Source: Balanoglossus misakiensis
Taxonomy: Eukaryota > Animalia > Hemichordata
Direction of reading: 5' to 3'
NCBI GenBank assembly: GCA_040954595.2
Contig: CM082592.2
Coordinates: 11,936,732-12,000,731 of the forward strand
Length of the DNA: 64,000 nucleotides
Shown: piece after piece, positions 1 to 12,300 of the stretch
How the letters are laid out: each line of letters starts with the position of its first letter
How positions within the stretch are numbered: position 1 is the first letter of the stretch
The notes under the pieces: model-generated
Seen by the model: the letters and a program-made list of their open reading frames with translations, nothing else
Told to the model about the DNA's origin: nothing
The model's database searches: none
Program-made: the position numbers and the translations under genes

Positions 1-3000
1 GAAAAATCCTCGATTTTTCAACATTTTCCTGAGCTATAACCCATGGTTTTTTCAAAAAATGACCAAATTTTGAAAATTCGCAAAGTCGAAAAATCCTCGA
101 TTTTTCAACATTTTCCTGAGCTATAACCCATGGTTTTTTCAAAAAATGACCAAATTTTGAAAATTCGCAAAGTCGAAAAATCCTCGATTTTTCAACATTT
201 TCCTGAGCTATAACCCATGGTTTTTTCAAAAAATGACCAAATTTTGAAAATTCGCAAAGTCGAAAAATCCTCGATTTTTCAACATTTTCCTGAGCTATAA
301 CCCATGGTTTTTTCAAAAAATGACCAAATTTTGAAAATTCGCAAAGTCGAAAAATCCTCGATTTTTCAACATTTTCCTGAGCTATAACCCATGGTTTTTT
401 CAAAAAATGACCAAATTTTGAAAATTCGCAAAGTCGAAAAATCCTCGATTTTTCAACATTTTCCTGAGCTATAACCCATGGTTTTTTCAAAAAATGACCA
501 AATTTTGAAAATTCGCAAAGTCGAAAAATCCTCGATTTTTCAACATTTTCCTGAGCTATAACCCATGGTTTTTTCAAAAAATGACCAAATTTTGAAAATT
601 CGCAAAGTCGAAAAATCCTCGATTTTTCAACATTTTCCTGAGCTATAACCCATGGTTTTTTCAAAAAATGACCAAATTTTGAAAATTCGCAAAGTCGAAA
701 AATCCTCGATTTTTCAACATTTTCCTGAGCTATAACCCATGGTTTTTTCAAAAAATGACCAAATTTTGAAAATTCGCAAAGTCGAAAAATCCTCGATTTT
801 TCAACATTTTCCTGAGCTATAACCCATGGTTTTTTCAAAAAATGACCAAATTTTGAAAATTCGCAAAGTCGAAAAATCCTCGATTTTTCAACATTTTCCT
901 GAGCTATAACCCATGGTTTTTTCAAAAAATGACCAAATTTTGAAAATTCGCAAAGTCGAAAAATCCTCGATTTTTCAACATTTTCCTGAGCTATAACCCA
1001 TGGTTTTTTCAAAAAATGACCAAATTTTGAAAATTCGCAAAGTCGAAAAATCCTCGATTTTTCAACATTTTCCTGAGCTATAACCCATGGTTTTTTCAAA
1101 AAATGACCAAATTTTGAAAATTCGCAAAGTCGAAAAATCCTCGATTTTTCAACATTTTCCTGAGCTATAACCCATGGTTTTTTCAAAAAATGACCAAATT
1201 TTGAAAATTCGCAAAGTCGAAAAATCCTCGATTTTTCAACATTTTCCTGAGCTATAACCCATGGTTTTTTCAAAAAATGACCAAATTTTGAAAATTCGCA
1301 AAGTCGAAAAATCCTCGATTTTTCAACATTTTCCTGAGCTATAACCCATGGTTTTTTCAAAAAATGACCAAATTTTGAAAATTCGCAAAGTCGAAAAATC
1401 CTCGATTTTTCAACATTTTCCTGAGCTATAACCCATGGTTTTTTCAAAAAATGACCAAATTTTGAAAATTCGCAAAGTCGAAAAATCCTCGATTTTTCAA
1501 CATTTTCCTGAGCTATAACCCATGGTTTTTTCAAAAAATGACCAAATTTTGAAAATTCGCAAAGTCGAAAAATCCTCGATTTTTCAACATTTTCCTGAGC
1601 TATAACCCATGGTTTTTTCAAAAAATGACCAAATTTTGAAAATTCGCAAAGTCGAAAAATCCTCGATTTTTCAACATTTTCCTGAGCTATAACCCATGGT
1701 TTTTTCAAAAAATGACCAAATTTTGAAAATTCGCAAAGTCGAAAAATCCTCGATTTTTCAACATTTTCCTGAGCTATAACCCATGGTTTTTTCAAAAAAT
1801 GACCAAATTTTGAAAATTCGCAAAGTCGAAAAATCCTCGATTTTTCAACATTTTCCTGAGCTATAACCCATGGTTTTTTTCAAAAAATGACCAAATTTTG
1901 AAAATTCGCAAAGTCGAAAAATCCTCGATTTTTCAACATTTTCCTGAGCTATAACCCATGGTTTTTTTCAAAAAATGACCAAATTTTGAAAATTCGCAAA
2001 GTCGAAAAATCCTCGATTTTTCAACATTTTCCTGAGCTATAACCCATGGTTTTTTTCAAAAAATGACCAAATTTTGAAAATTCGCAAAGTCGAAAAATCC
2101 TCGATTTTTCAACATTTTCCTGAGCTATAACCCATGGTTTTTTTCAAAAAATGACCAAATTTTGAAAATTCGCAAAGTCGAAAAATCCTCGATTTTTCAA
2201 CATTTTCCTGAGCTATAACCCATGGTTTTTTTCAAAAAATGACCAAATTTTGAAAATTCGCAAAGTCGAAAAATCCTCGATTTTTCAACATTTTCCTGAG
2301 CTATAACCCATGGTTTTTTTCAAAAAATGACCAAATTTTGAAAATTCGCAAAGTCGAAAAATCCTCGATTTTTCAACATTTTCCTGAGCTATAACCCATG
2401 GTTTTTTTCAAAAAATGACCAAATTTTGAAAATTCGCAAAGTCGAAAAATCCTCGATTTTTCAACATTTTCCTGAGCTATAACCCATGGTTTTTTTCAAA
2501 AAATGACCAAATTTTGAAAATTCGCAAAGTCGAAAAATCCTCGATTTTTCAACATTTTCCTGAGCTATAACCCATGGTTTTTTCAAAAAATGACCAAATT
2601 TTGAAAATTCGCAAAGTCGAAAAATCCTCGATTTTTCAACATTTTCCTGAGCTATAACCCATGGTTTTTTCAAAAAATGACCAAATTTTGAAAATTCGCA
2701 AAGTCGAAAAATCCTCGATTTTTCAACATTTTCCTGAGCTATAACCCATGGTTTTTTCAAAAAATGACCAAATTTTGAAAATTCGCAAAGTCGAAAAATC
2801 CTCGATTTTTCAACATTTTCCTGAGCTATAACCCATGGTTTTTTTCAAAAAATGACCAAATTTTGAAAATTCGCAAAGTCGAAAAATCCTCGATTTTTCA
2901 ACATTTTCCTGAGCTATAACCCATGGTTTTTTTCAAAAAATGACCAAATTTTGAAAATTCGCAAAGTCGAAAATCCTCGATTTTTCAACATTTTCCTGAG

Positions 3001-6000
3001 CTATAACCCATGGTTTTTTTCAAAAAATGACCAAATTTTGAAAATTCGCAAAGTCGAAAAATCCTCGATTTTTCAACATTTTCCTGAGCTATAACCCATG
3101 GTTTTTTTCAAAAAATGACCAAATTTTGAAAATTCGCAAAGTCGAAAAATCCTCGATTTTTCAACATTTTCCTGAGCTATAACCCATGGTTTTTTTTCAA
3201 AAAATGACCAAATTTTGAAAATTCGCAAAGTCGAAAAATCCTCGATTTTTCAACATTTTCCTGAGCTATAACCCATGGTTTTTTCAAAAAATGACCAAAT
3301 TTTGAAAATTCGCAAAGTCGAAAAATCCTCGATTTTTCAACATTTTCCTGAGCTATAACCCATGGTTTTTTTCAAAAAATGACCAAATTTTGAAAATTCG
3401 CAAAGTCGAAAAATCCTCGATTTTTCAACATTTTCCTGAGCTATAACCCATGGTTTTTTTCAAAAAATGACCAAATTTTGAAAATTCGCAAAGTCGAAAA
3501 ATCCTCGATTTTTCAACATTTTCCTGAGCTATAACCCATGGTTTTTTTCAAAAAATGACCAAATTTTGAAAATTCGCAAAGTCGAAAAATCCTCGATTTT
3601 TCAACATTTTCCTGAGCTATAACCCATGGTTTTTTTCAAAAAATGACCAAATTTTGAAAATTCGCAAAGTCGAAAAATCCTCGATTTTTCAACATTTTCC
3701 TGAGCTATAACCCATGGTTTTTTCAAAAAATGACCAAATTTTGAAAATTCGCAAAGTCGAAAAATCCTCGATTTTTCAACATTTTCCTGAGCTATAACCC
3801 ATGGTTTTTTCAAAAAATGACCAAATTTTGAAAATTCGCAAAGTCGAAAAATCCTCGATTTTTCAACATTTTCCTGAGCTATAACCCATGGTTATTTCAA
3901 AAATGACCAAATTTTGAAAATTCGCAAAGTCGAAAAATCCTCGATTTTTCAACATTTTCCTGAGCTATAACCCATGGTTTTTTCAAAAAATGACCAAATT
4001 TTGAAAATTCGCAAAGTCGAAAAATCCTCGATTTTTCAACATTTTCCTGAGCTATAACCCATGGTTTTTTCAAAAAATGACCAAATTTTGAAAATTCGCA
4101 AAGTCGAAAAATCCTCGATTTTTCAACATTTTCCTGAGCTATAACCCATGGTTTTTTCAAAAAATGACCAAATTTTGAAAATTCGCAAAGTCGAAAAATC
4201 CTCGATTTTTCAACATTTTCCTGAGCTATAACCCATGGTTTTTTCAAAAATGACCAAATTTTGAAAATTCGCAAAGTCGAAAAATCCTCGATTTTTCAAC
4301 ATTTTCCTGAGCTATAACCCATGGTTTTTTCAAAAAATGACCAAATTTTGAAAATTCGCAAAGTCGAAAAATCCTCGATTTTTCAACATTTTCCTGAGCT
4401 ATAACCCATGGTTTTTTCAAAAAATGACCAAATTTTGAAAATTCGCAAAGTCGAAAAATCCTCGATTTTTCAACATTTTCCTGAGCTATAACCCATGGTT
4501 TTTTCAAAAAATGACCAAATTTTGAAAATTCGCAAAGTCGAAAAATCCTCGATTTTTCAACATTTTCCTGAGCTATAACCCATGGTTTTTTTCAAAAAAT
4601 GACCAAATTTTGAAAATTCGCAAAGTCGAAAAATCCTCGATTTTTCAACATTTTCCTGAGCTATAACCCATGGTTTTTTTCAAAAATGACCAAATTTTGA
4701 AAATTCGCAAAGTCGAAAAATCCTCGATTTTTCAACATTTTCCTGAGCTATAACCCATGTTTTTTTTCAAAAAATGACCAAATTTTGAAAATTCGCAAAG
4801 TCGAAAAATCCTCGATTTTTCAACATTTTCCTGAGCTATAACCCATGGTTTTTTTCAAAAAATGACCAAATTTTGAAAATTCGCAAAGTCGAAAAATCCT
4901 CGATTTTTCAACATTTTCCTGAGCTATAACCCATGGTTTTTTTCAAAAAATGACCAAATTTTGAAAATTCGCAAAGTCGAAAAATCCTCGATTTTTCAAC
5001 ATTTTCCTGAGCTATAACCCATGGTTTTTTTCAAAAAATGACCAAATTTTGAAAATTCGCAAAGTCGAAAAATCCTCGATTTTTCAACATTTTCCTGAGC
5101 TATAACCCATGGTTTTTTTCAAAAAATGACCAAATTTTGAAAATTCGCAAAGTCGAAAAATCCTCGATTTTTCAACATTTTCCTGAGCTATAACCCATGG
5201 TTTTTTTCAAAAAATGACCAAATTTTGAAAATTCGCAAAGTCGAAAAATCCTCGATTTTTCAACATTTTCCTGAGCTATAACCCATGGTTTTTTCAAAAA
5301 ATGACCAAATTTTGAAAATTCGCAAAGTCGAAAAATCCTCGATTTTTCAACATTTTCCTGAGCTATAACCCATGGTTTTTTCAAAAAATGACCAAATTTT
5401 GAAAATTCGCAAAGTCGAAAAATCCTCGATTTTTCAACATTTTCCTGAGCTATAACCCATGGTTATTTCAAAAAATGACCAAATTTTGAAAATTCGCAAA
5501 GTCGAAAAATCCTCGATTTTTCAACATTTTCCTGAGCTATAACCCATGGTTTTTTCAAAAAATGACCAAATTTTGAAAATTCGCAAAGTCGAAAAATCCT
5601 CGATTTTTCAACATTTTCCTGAGCTATAACCCATGGTTTTTTCAAAAAATGACCAAATTTTGAAAATTCGCAAAGTCGAAAAATCCTCGATTTTTCAACA
5701 TTTTCCTGAGCTATAACCCATGGTTTTTTCAAAAAATGACCAAATTTTGAAAATTCGCAAAGTCGAAAAATCCTCGATTTTTCAACATTTTCCTGAGCTA
5801 TAACCCATGGTTTTTTCAAAAAATGACCAAATTTTGAAAATTCGCAAAGTCGAAAAATCCTCGATTTTTCAACATTTTCCTGAGCTATAACCCATGGTTT
5901 TTTCAAAAAATGACCAAATTTTGAAATTTCGCAAAGTCGAAAAATCCTCGATTTTTCAACATTTTCCTGAGCTATAACCCATGGTTTTTTCAAAAAATGA

Positions 6001-6346
6001 CCAAATTTTGAAAATTCGCAAAGTCGAAAAATCCTCGATTTTTCAACATTTTCCTGAGCTATAACCCATGGTTTTTTTCAAAAAATGACCAAATTTTGAA
6101 AATTCGCAAAGTCGAAAAATCCTCGATTTTTCAACATTTTCCTGAGCTATAACCCATGGTTTTTTTCAAAAAATGACCAAATTTTGAAAATTCGCAAAGT
6201 CGAAAAATCCTCGATTTTTCAACATTTTCCTGAGCTATAACCCATGGTTTTTTTCAAAAAATGACCAAATTTTGAAAATTCGCAAAGTCGAAAAATCGTC
6301 GATTTTTCAACATTTTCATGAGCTATAACCCATGATTTTTTCAAAA
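1..6346 (+). repeat. Tandem satellite, left arm: ~72-73 copies of an 87/88-bp monomer (GAAAAATCCTCGATTTTTCAACATTTTCCTGAGCTATAACCCATGGT6-7CAAAAAATGACCAAATTTTGAAAATTCGCAAAGTC); runs off the window start
   Basis: Line 1 recurs exactly at 1741 (20 x 87). Copies appear identical up to ~1870; later ones differ mainly in T6/T7/T8 run length, plus a few substitutions (GTTATTT at ~3891 and ~5462). Confidence 0.99.
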
Positions 6347-6370
6347 TTTGGTCATTTTTTGAAAAAAACC
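6331..6370. other. Inversion junction (palindrome centre) of the satellite array
   Basis: ...CCCATGATTTTTTCAAAA|TTTGGTCATT|TTTTGAAAAAAACCATGGG...: the forward monomer becomes the reverse-complement monomer through a shared TTTTCAAAA (6338-6346). Unpaired spacer ~6347-6356. Confidence 0.95.
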
Positions 6371-9300
6371 ATGGGTTATAGCTCAGGAAAATGTTGAAAA
6401 ATCGATGATTTTTCGACTATGCGAATTTTCAAAATTTGGTCATTTTTTGAAAAAAACCATGGGTTATAGCTCAGGAAAATGTTGAAAAATCGAGGATTTT
6501 TCGACTTTGCGAATTTTCAAAATTTGGTCATTTTTTGAAAAAAACCATGGGTTATAGCTCAGGAAAATGTTGAAAAATCGATGATTTTTCGACTTTGCGA
6601 ATTTTCAAAATTTGGTCATTTTTTGAAAAAAACCATGGGTTATAGCTCAGGAAAATGTTGAAAAATCGATGATTTTTCGACTTTGCGAATTTTCAAAATT
6701 TGGTCATTTTTTGAAAAAAACTATGGGTTATAGCTCAGGAAAATGTTGAAAAATCGATGATTTTTCGACTTTGCGAATTTTCAAAATTTGGTCATTTTTT
6801 TGAAAAAAACCATGGGTTATAGCTCAGGAAAATGTTGAAAAATCGATGATTTTTCGACTTTGCGAATTTTCAAAATTTGGTCATTTTTTGAAAAAAACCA
6901 TGGGTTATAGCTCAGGAAAATGTTGAAAAATCGATGATTTTTCGACTTTGCGAATTTTCAAAATTTGGTCATTTTTTGAAAAAAACCATGGGTTATAGCT
7001 CAGGAAAATGTTGAAAAATCGATGATTTTTCGACTTTGCGAATTTTCAAAATTTGGTCATTTTTTGAAAAAAACCATGGGTTATAGCTCAGGAAAATGTT
7101 GAAAAATCGATGATTTTTCGACTTTGCGAATTTTCAAAATTTGGTCATTTTTTGAAAAAAACCATGGGTTATAGCTCAGAAAAATGTTGAAAAATCGATG
7201 ATTTTTCGACTTTGCGAATTTTCAAAATTTGGTCATTTTTGAAAAAAACCATGGGTTATAGCTCTGGAAAATGTTGAAAAATCGATGATTTTTCGACTTT
7301 GCGAATTTTCAAAATTTGGTCATTTTTTGAAAAAAACCATGGGTTATAGCTCAGGAAAATGTTGAAAAATCGATGATTTTTCGACTTTGCGAATTTTCAA
7401 AATTTGGTCATTTTTTGAAAAAAACCATGGGTTATAGCTCAGGAAAATGTTGAAAAATCGATGATTTTTCGACTTTGCGAATTTTCAAAATTTGGTCATT
7501 TTTTGAAAAAAACTATGGGTTATAGCTCAGGAAAATGTTGAAAAATCGATGATTTTTCGACTTTGCGAATTTTCAAAATTTGGTCATTTTTTTGAAAAAA
7601 ACCATGGGTTATAGCTCAGGAAAATGTTGAAAAATCGATGATTTTTCGACTTTGCGAATTTTCAAAATTTGGTCATTTTTTGAAAAAAAACATGGGTTAT
7701 AGCTCAGGAAAATGTTGAAAAATCGATGATTTTTCGACTTTGCGAATTTTCAAAATTTGGTCATTTTTTGAAAAAAAACATGGGTTATAGCTCAGGAAAA
7801 TGTTGAAAAATCGATGATTTTTCGACTTTGCGAATTTTCAAAATTTGGTCATTTTTTGAAAAAAACCATGGGTTATAGCTCAGGAAAATGTTGAAAAATC
7901 GATGATTTTTCGACTTTGCGAATTTTCAAAATTTGGTCATTTTGTGAAAAAAACCATGGGTTATAGCTCAGGAAAATGTTGAAAAATCGATGATTTTTCG
8001 ACTTTGCGAATTTTCAAAATTTGGTCATTTTTGAAAAAAACTATGGGTTATAGCTCAGGAAAATGTTGAAAAATCGATGATTTTTCGACTTTGCGAATTT
8101 TCAAAATTTGGTCATTTTTTGAAAAAAACCATGGGTTATAGCTCAGGAAAATGTTGAAAAATCGATGATTTTTCGACTTTGCGAATTTTCAAAATTTGGT
8201 CATTTTTTGAAAAAAACCATGGGTTATAGCTCAGGAAAATGTTGAAAAATCGATGATTTTTCGACTTTGCGAATTTTCAAAATTTGGTCATTTTTTGAAA
8301 AAAAACATGTGTTATAGCTCAGGAAAATGTTGAAAAATCGATGATTTTTCGACTTTGCGAATTTTCAAAATTTTGTCATTTTTTGAAAAAAACCATGGGT
8401 TATAGCTCAGGAAAATGTTGAAAAATCGATGATTTTCGACTTTGCGAATTTTCAAAATTTGGTCATTTTTTGAAAAAAACCATGGGTTATAACTCAGGAA
8501 AATGTTGAAAAATCGATGATTTTTCGACTTTGCGAATTTTCAAAATTTGGTCATTTTTTGAAAAAAACATGGGTTATAGCTCAGGAAAATGTTGAAAAAT
8601 CGATGATTTTTCGACTTTGCGAATTTTCAAAATTTGGTCATTTTTTAAAAAAAACCATGGGTTATAGCTCAGGAAAATGTTGAAAAATCGATGATTTTTC
8701 GACTTTGCGAATTTTCAAAATTTGGTCATTTTTTGAAAAAAACCATGGGTTATAGCTCAGGAAAATGTTGTAAAATCGATGATTTTTCGACTTTGCGAAA
8801 TTTCAAAATTTGGTCATTTTTTGAAAAAAACCATGGGTTATAGCTCAGGAAAATGTTGAAAAATCGATGATTTTTCGACTTTGCGAATTTTCAAAATTTG
8901 GTCATTTTTTGAAAAAAACCATGGGTTATAGCTCAGGAAAATGTTGAAAAATCGATGATTTTTCGACTTTGCGAATTTTCAAAATTTGGTCATTTTTTGA
9001 AAAAAACCATGGGTTATAGCTCAGGAAAATGTTGAAAAATCGATGATTTTTCGACTTTGCGAATTTTCAAAATTTGGTCATTTTTTGAAAAAAACCATGG
9101 GTTATAGCTCAGGAAAATGTTGAAAAATCGATGATTTTTCGACTTTGCGAATTTTCAAAATTTGGTCATTTTTTGAAAAAAACCATGGGTTATAGCTCAG
9201 GAAAATGTTGAAAAATCGATGATTTTTCGACTTTGCGAATTTTCAAAATTTGGTCATTTTTTGAAAAAAACCATGGGTTATAGCTCAGGAAAATGTTGAA

Positions 9301-12300
9301 AAATCGAGGATTTTTCGACTTTGCGAATTTTCAAAATTTGGTCATTTTTTGAAAAAAACCATGGGTTATAGCTCAGAAAAATGTTGAAAAATCGATGATT
9401 TTTCGACTTTGCGAATTTTCAAAATTTGGTCATTTTTGAAAAAAACCATGGGTTATAGCTCAGGAAAATGTTGAAAAATCGAGGATTTTTCGACTTAGCG
9501 AATTTTCAAAATTTGGTCATTTTTTGAAAAAAACCATGGGTTATAGCTCAGGAAAATGTTGAAAAATCGATGATTTTTCGACTTTGCGAATTTTCAAAAT
9601 TTGGTCATTTTTTGAAAAAAACCATGGGTTATAGCTCAGGAAAATGTTGAAAAATCGATGATTTTTCGACTTTGCGAATTTTCAAAATTTGGTCATTTTT
9701 TGAAAAAAACCATGGGTTATAGCTCAGAAAAATGTTGAAAAATCGATGATTTTTCGACTTTGCGAATTTTCAAAATTTGGTCATTTTTTGAAAAAAACCA
9801 TGGGTTATAGCTCAGGAAAATGTTGAAAAATCGATGATTTTTCGACTTTGCGAATTTTCAAAATTTGGTCATTTTTTGAAAAAAACCATGGGTTATAGCT
9901 CAGGAAAATGTTGAAAAATCGATGATTTTTCGACTTTGCGAATTTTCAAAATTTGGTCATTTTTTGAAAAAAACTATGGGTTATAGCTCAGGAAAATGTT
10001 GAAAAATCGATGATTTTTCGACTTTGCGAATTTTCAAAATTTGGTCATTTTTTGAAAAAAAACATGGGTTATAGCTCAGGAAAATGTTGAAAAATCGATG
10101 ATTTTTCGACTTTGCGAATTTTCAAAATTTGGTCATTTTTTGAAAAAAAACATGGGTTATAGCTCAGGAAAATGTTGAAAAATCGAGGATTTTTCGACTT
10201 AGCGAATTTTCAAAATTTGGTCATTTTTTGAAAAAAACCATGGGTTATAGCTCAGGAAAATGTTGAAAAATCGAGGATTTTTCGACTTAGCGAATTTTCA
10301 AAATTTGGTCATTTTTTGAAAAAAAACCATGGGTTATAGCTCAGGAAAATGTTGAAAAATCGAGGATTTTTCGACTTAGCGAATTTTCAAAATTTGGTCA
10401 TTTTTTGAAAAAAACCATGGGTTATAGCTCAGGAAAATGTTGAAAAATCGAGGATTTTTCGACTTTGCGAATTTTCAAAATTTGGTCATTTTTTGAAAAA
10501 AACCATGGGTTATAGCTCAGGAAAATGTTGAAAAATCGATGATTTTTCGACTTTGCGAATTTTCAAAATTTGGTCATTTTTTGAAAAAAAACCATGGGTT
10601 ATAGCTCAGGAAAATGTTGAAAAATCGATGATTTTTCGACTTTGCGAATTTTCAAAATTTGGTCATTTTTTGAAAAAAACCATGGGTTATAGCTCAGGAA
10701 AATGTTGAAAAATCGATGATTTTTCGACTTTGCGAATTTTCAAAATTTGGTCATTTTTTGAAAAAAACCATGGGTTATAGCTCAGGAAAATGTTGAAAAA
10801 TCGATGATTTTTCGACTTTGCGAATTTTCAAAATTTGGTCATTTTTTGAAAAAAACCATGGGTTATAGCTCAGGAAAATGTTGAAAAATCGATGATTTTT
10901 CGACTTTGCGAATTTTCAAAATTTGGTCATTTGTGAAAAAAACCATGGGTTATAGCTCAGGAAAATGTTGAAAAATCGATGATTTTTCGACTTTGCGAAT
11001 TTTCAAAATTTGGTCATTTTTTGAAAAAAACCATGGGTTATAGCTCAGGAAAATGTTGAAAAATCGATGATTTTTCGACTTTGCGAATTTTCAAAATTTG
11101 GTCATTTTTTGAAAAAAACCATGGGTTATAGCTCAGGAAAATGTTGAAAAATCGATGATTTTTCGACTTTGCGAATTTTCAAAATTTGGTCATTTTTTGA
11201 AAAAAACCATGGGTTATAGCTCAGGAAAATGTTGAAAAATCGATGATTTTTCGACTTAGCGAATTTTCAAAATGTGGTCATTTTTTGAAAAAAACCATGG
11301 GTTATAGCTCAGGAAAATGTTGAAAAATCGATGATTTTTCGACTTTGCGAATTTTCAAAATTTGGTCATTTTTTTAAAAAAACCATGGGTTATAGCTCAG
11401 GAAAATGTTGAAAAATCGAGGATTTTTCGACTTTGCGAATTTTCAAAATTTGGTCATTTTTTGAAAAAAACCATGGGTTATAGCTCAGGAAAATGTTGAA
11501 AAATCGATGATTTTTTGACTATGCGAATTTTCAAAATTTGGTCATTTGTTGAAAAAAACCATGGGTTATAGCTCAGGAAAATGTTGAAAAATCGATGATT
11601 TTTCGACTTAGCGAATTTTCAAAATTTGGTCATTTTTTGAAAAAAACCATGGGTTATAGCTCAGGAAAATGTTGAAAAATCGATGATTTTTCGACTTAGC
11701 GAATTTTAAAAATTTGGTCATTTTTTGAAAAAAACCATGGGTTATAGCTCAGGAAAATGTTGAAAAATCGATGATTTTTCGACTTTGCGAATTTTCAAAA
11801 TTTGGTCATTTTTTGAAAAAAAACATGGGTTATAGCTCAGGAAAATGTTGAAAAATCGATGATTTTTCGACTTTGCGAATTTTCAAAATTTGGTCATTTT
11901 TTGAAAAAAACCATGGGTTATAGCTCAGGAAAATGTTGAAAAATCGATGATTTTTCGACTTTGCGAATTTTCAAAATTTGGTCATTTTTTGAAAAAAAAC
12001 ATGGGTTATAGCTCAGGAAAATGTTGAAAAATCGAGGATTTTTCGACTTAGCGAATTTTCAAAATTTGGTCATTTTTTGAAAAAAACCATGGGTTATAGC
12101 TCAGGAAAATGTTGAAAAATCGAGGATTTTTCGACTTAGCGAATTTTCAAAATTTGGTCATTTTTTGAAAAAAACCATGGGTTATAGCTCAGGAAAATGT
12201 TGAAAAATCGAGGATTTTTCGACTTAGCGAATTTTCAAAATTTGGTCATTTTTTGAAAAAAACCATGGGTTATAGCTCAGGAAAATGTTGAAAAATCGAG

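Noticed and set aside
2461-5993. Repetitive ORFs MKKPWVIAQ... as protein genes
   Set aside because: Translations of the satellite; starts are mostly TTG, and frames open and close with homopolymer length changes.
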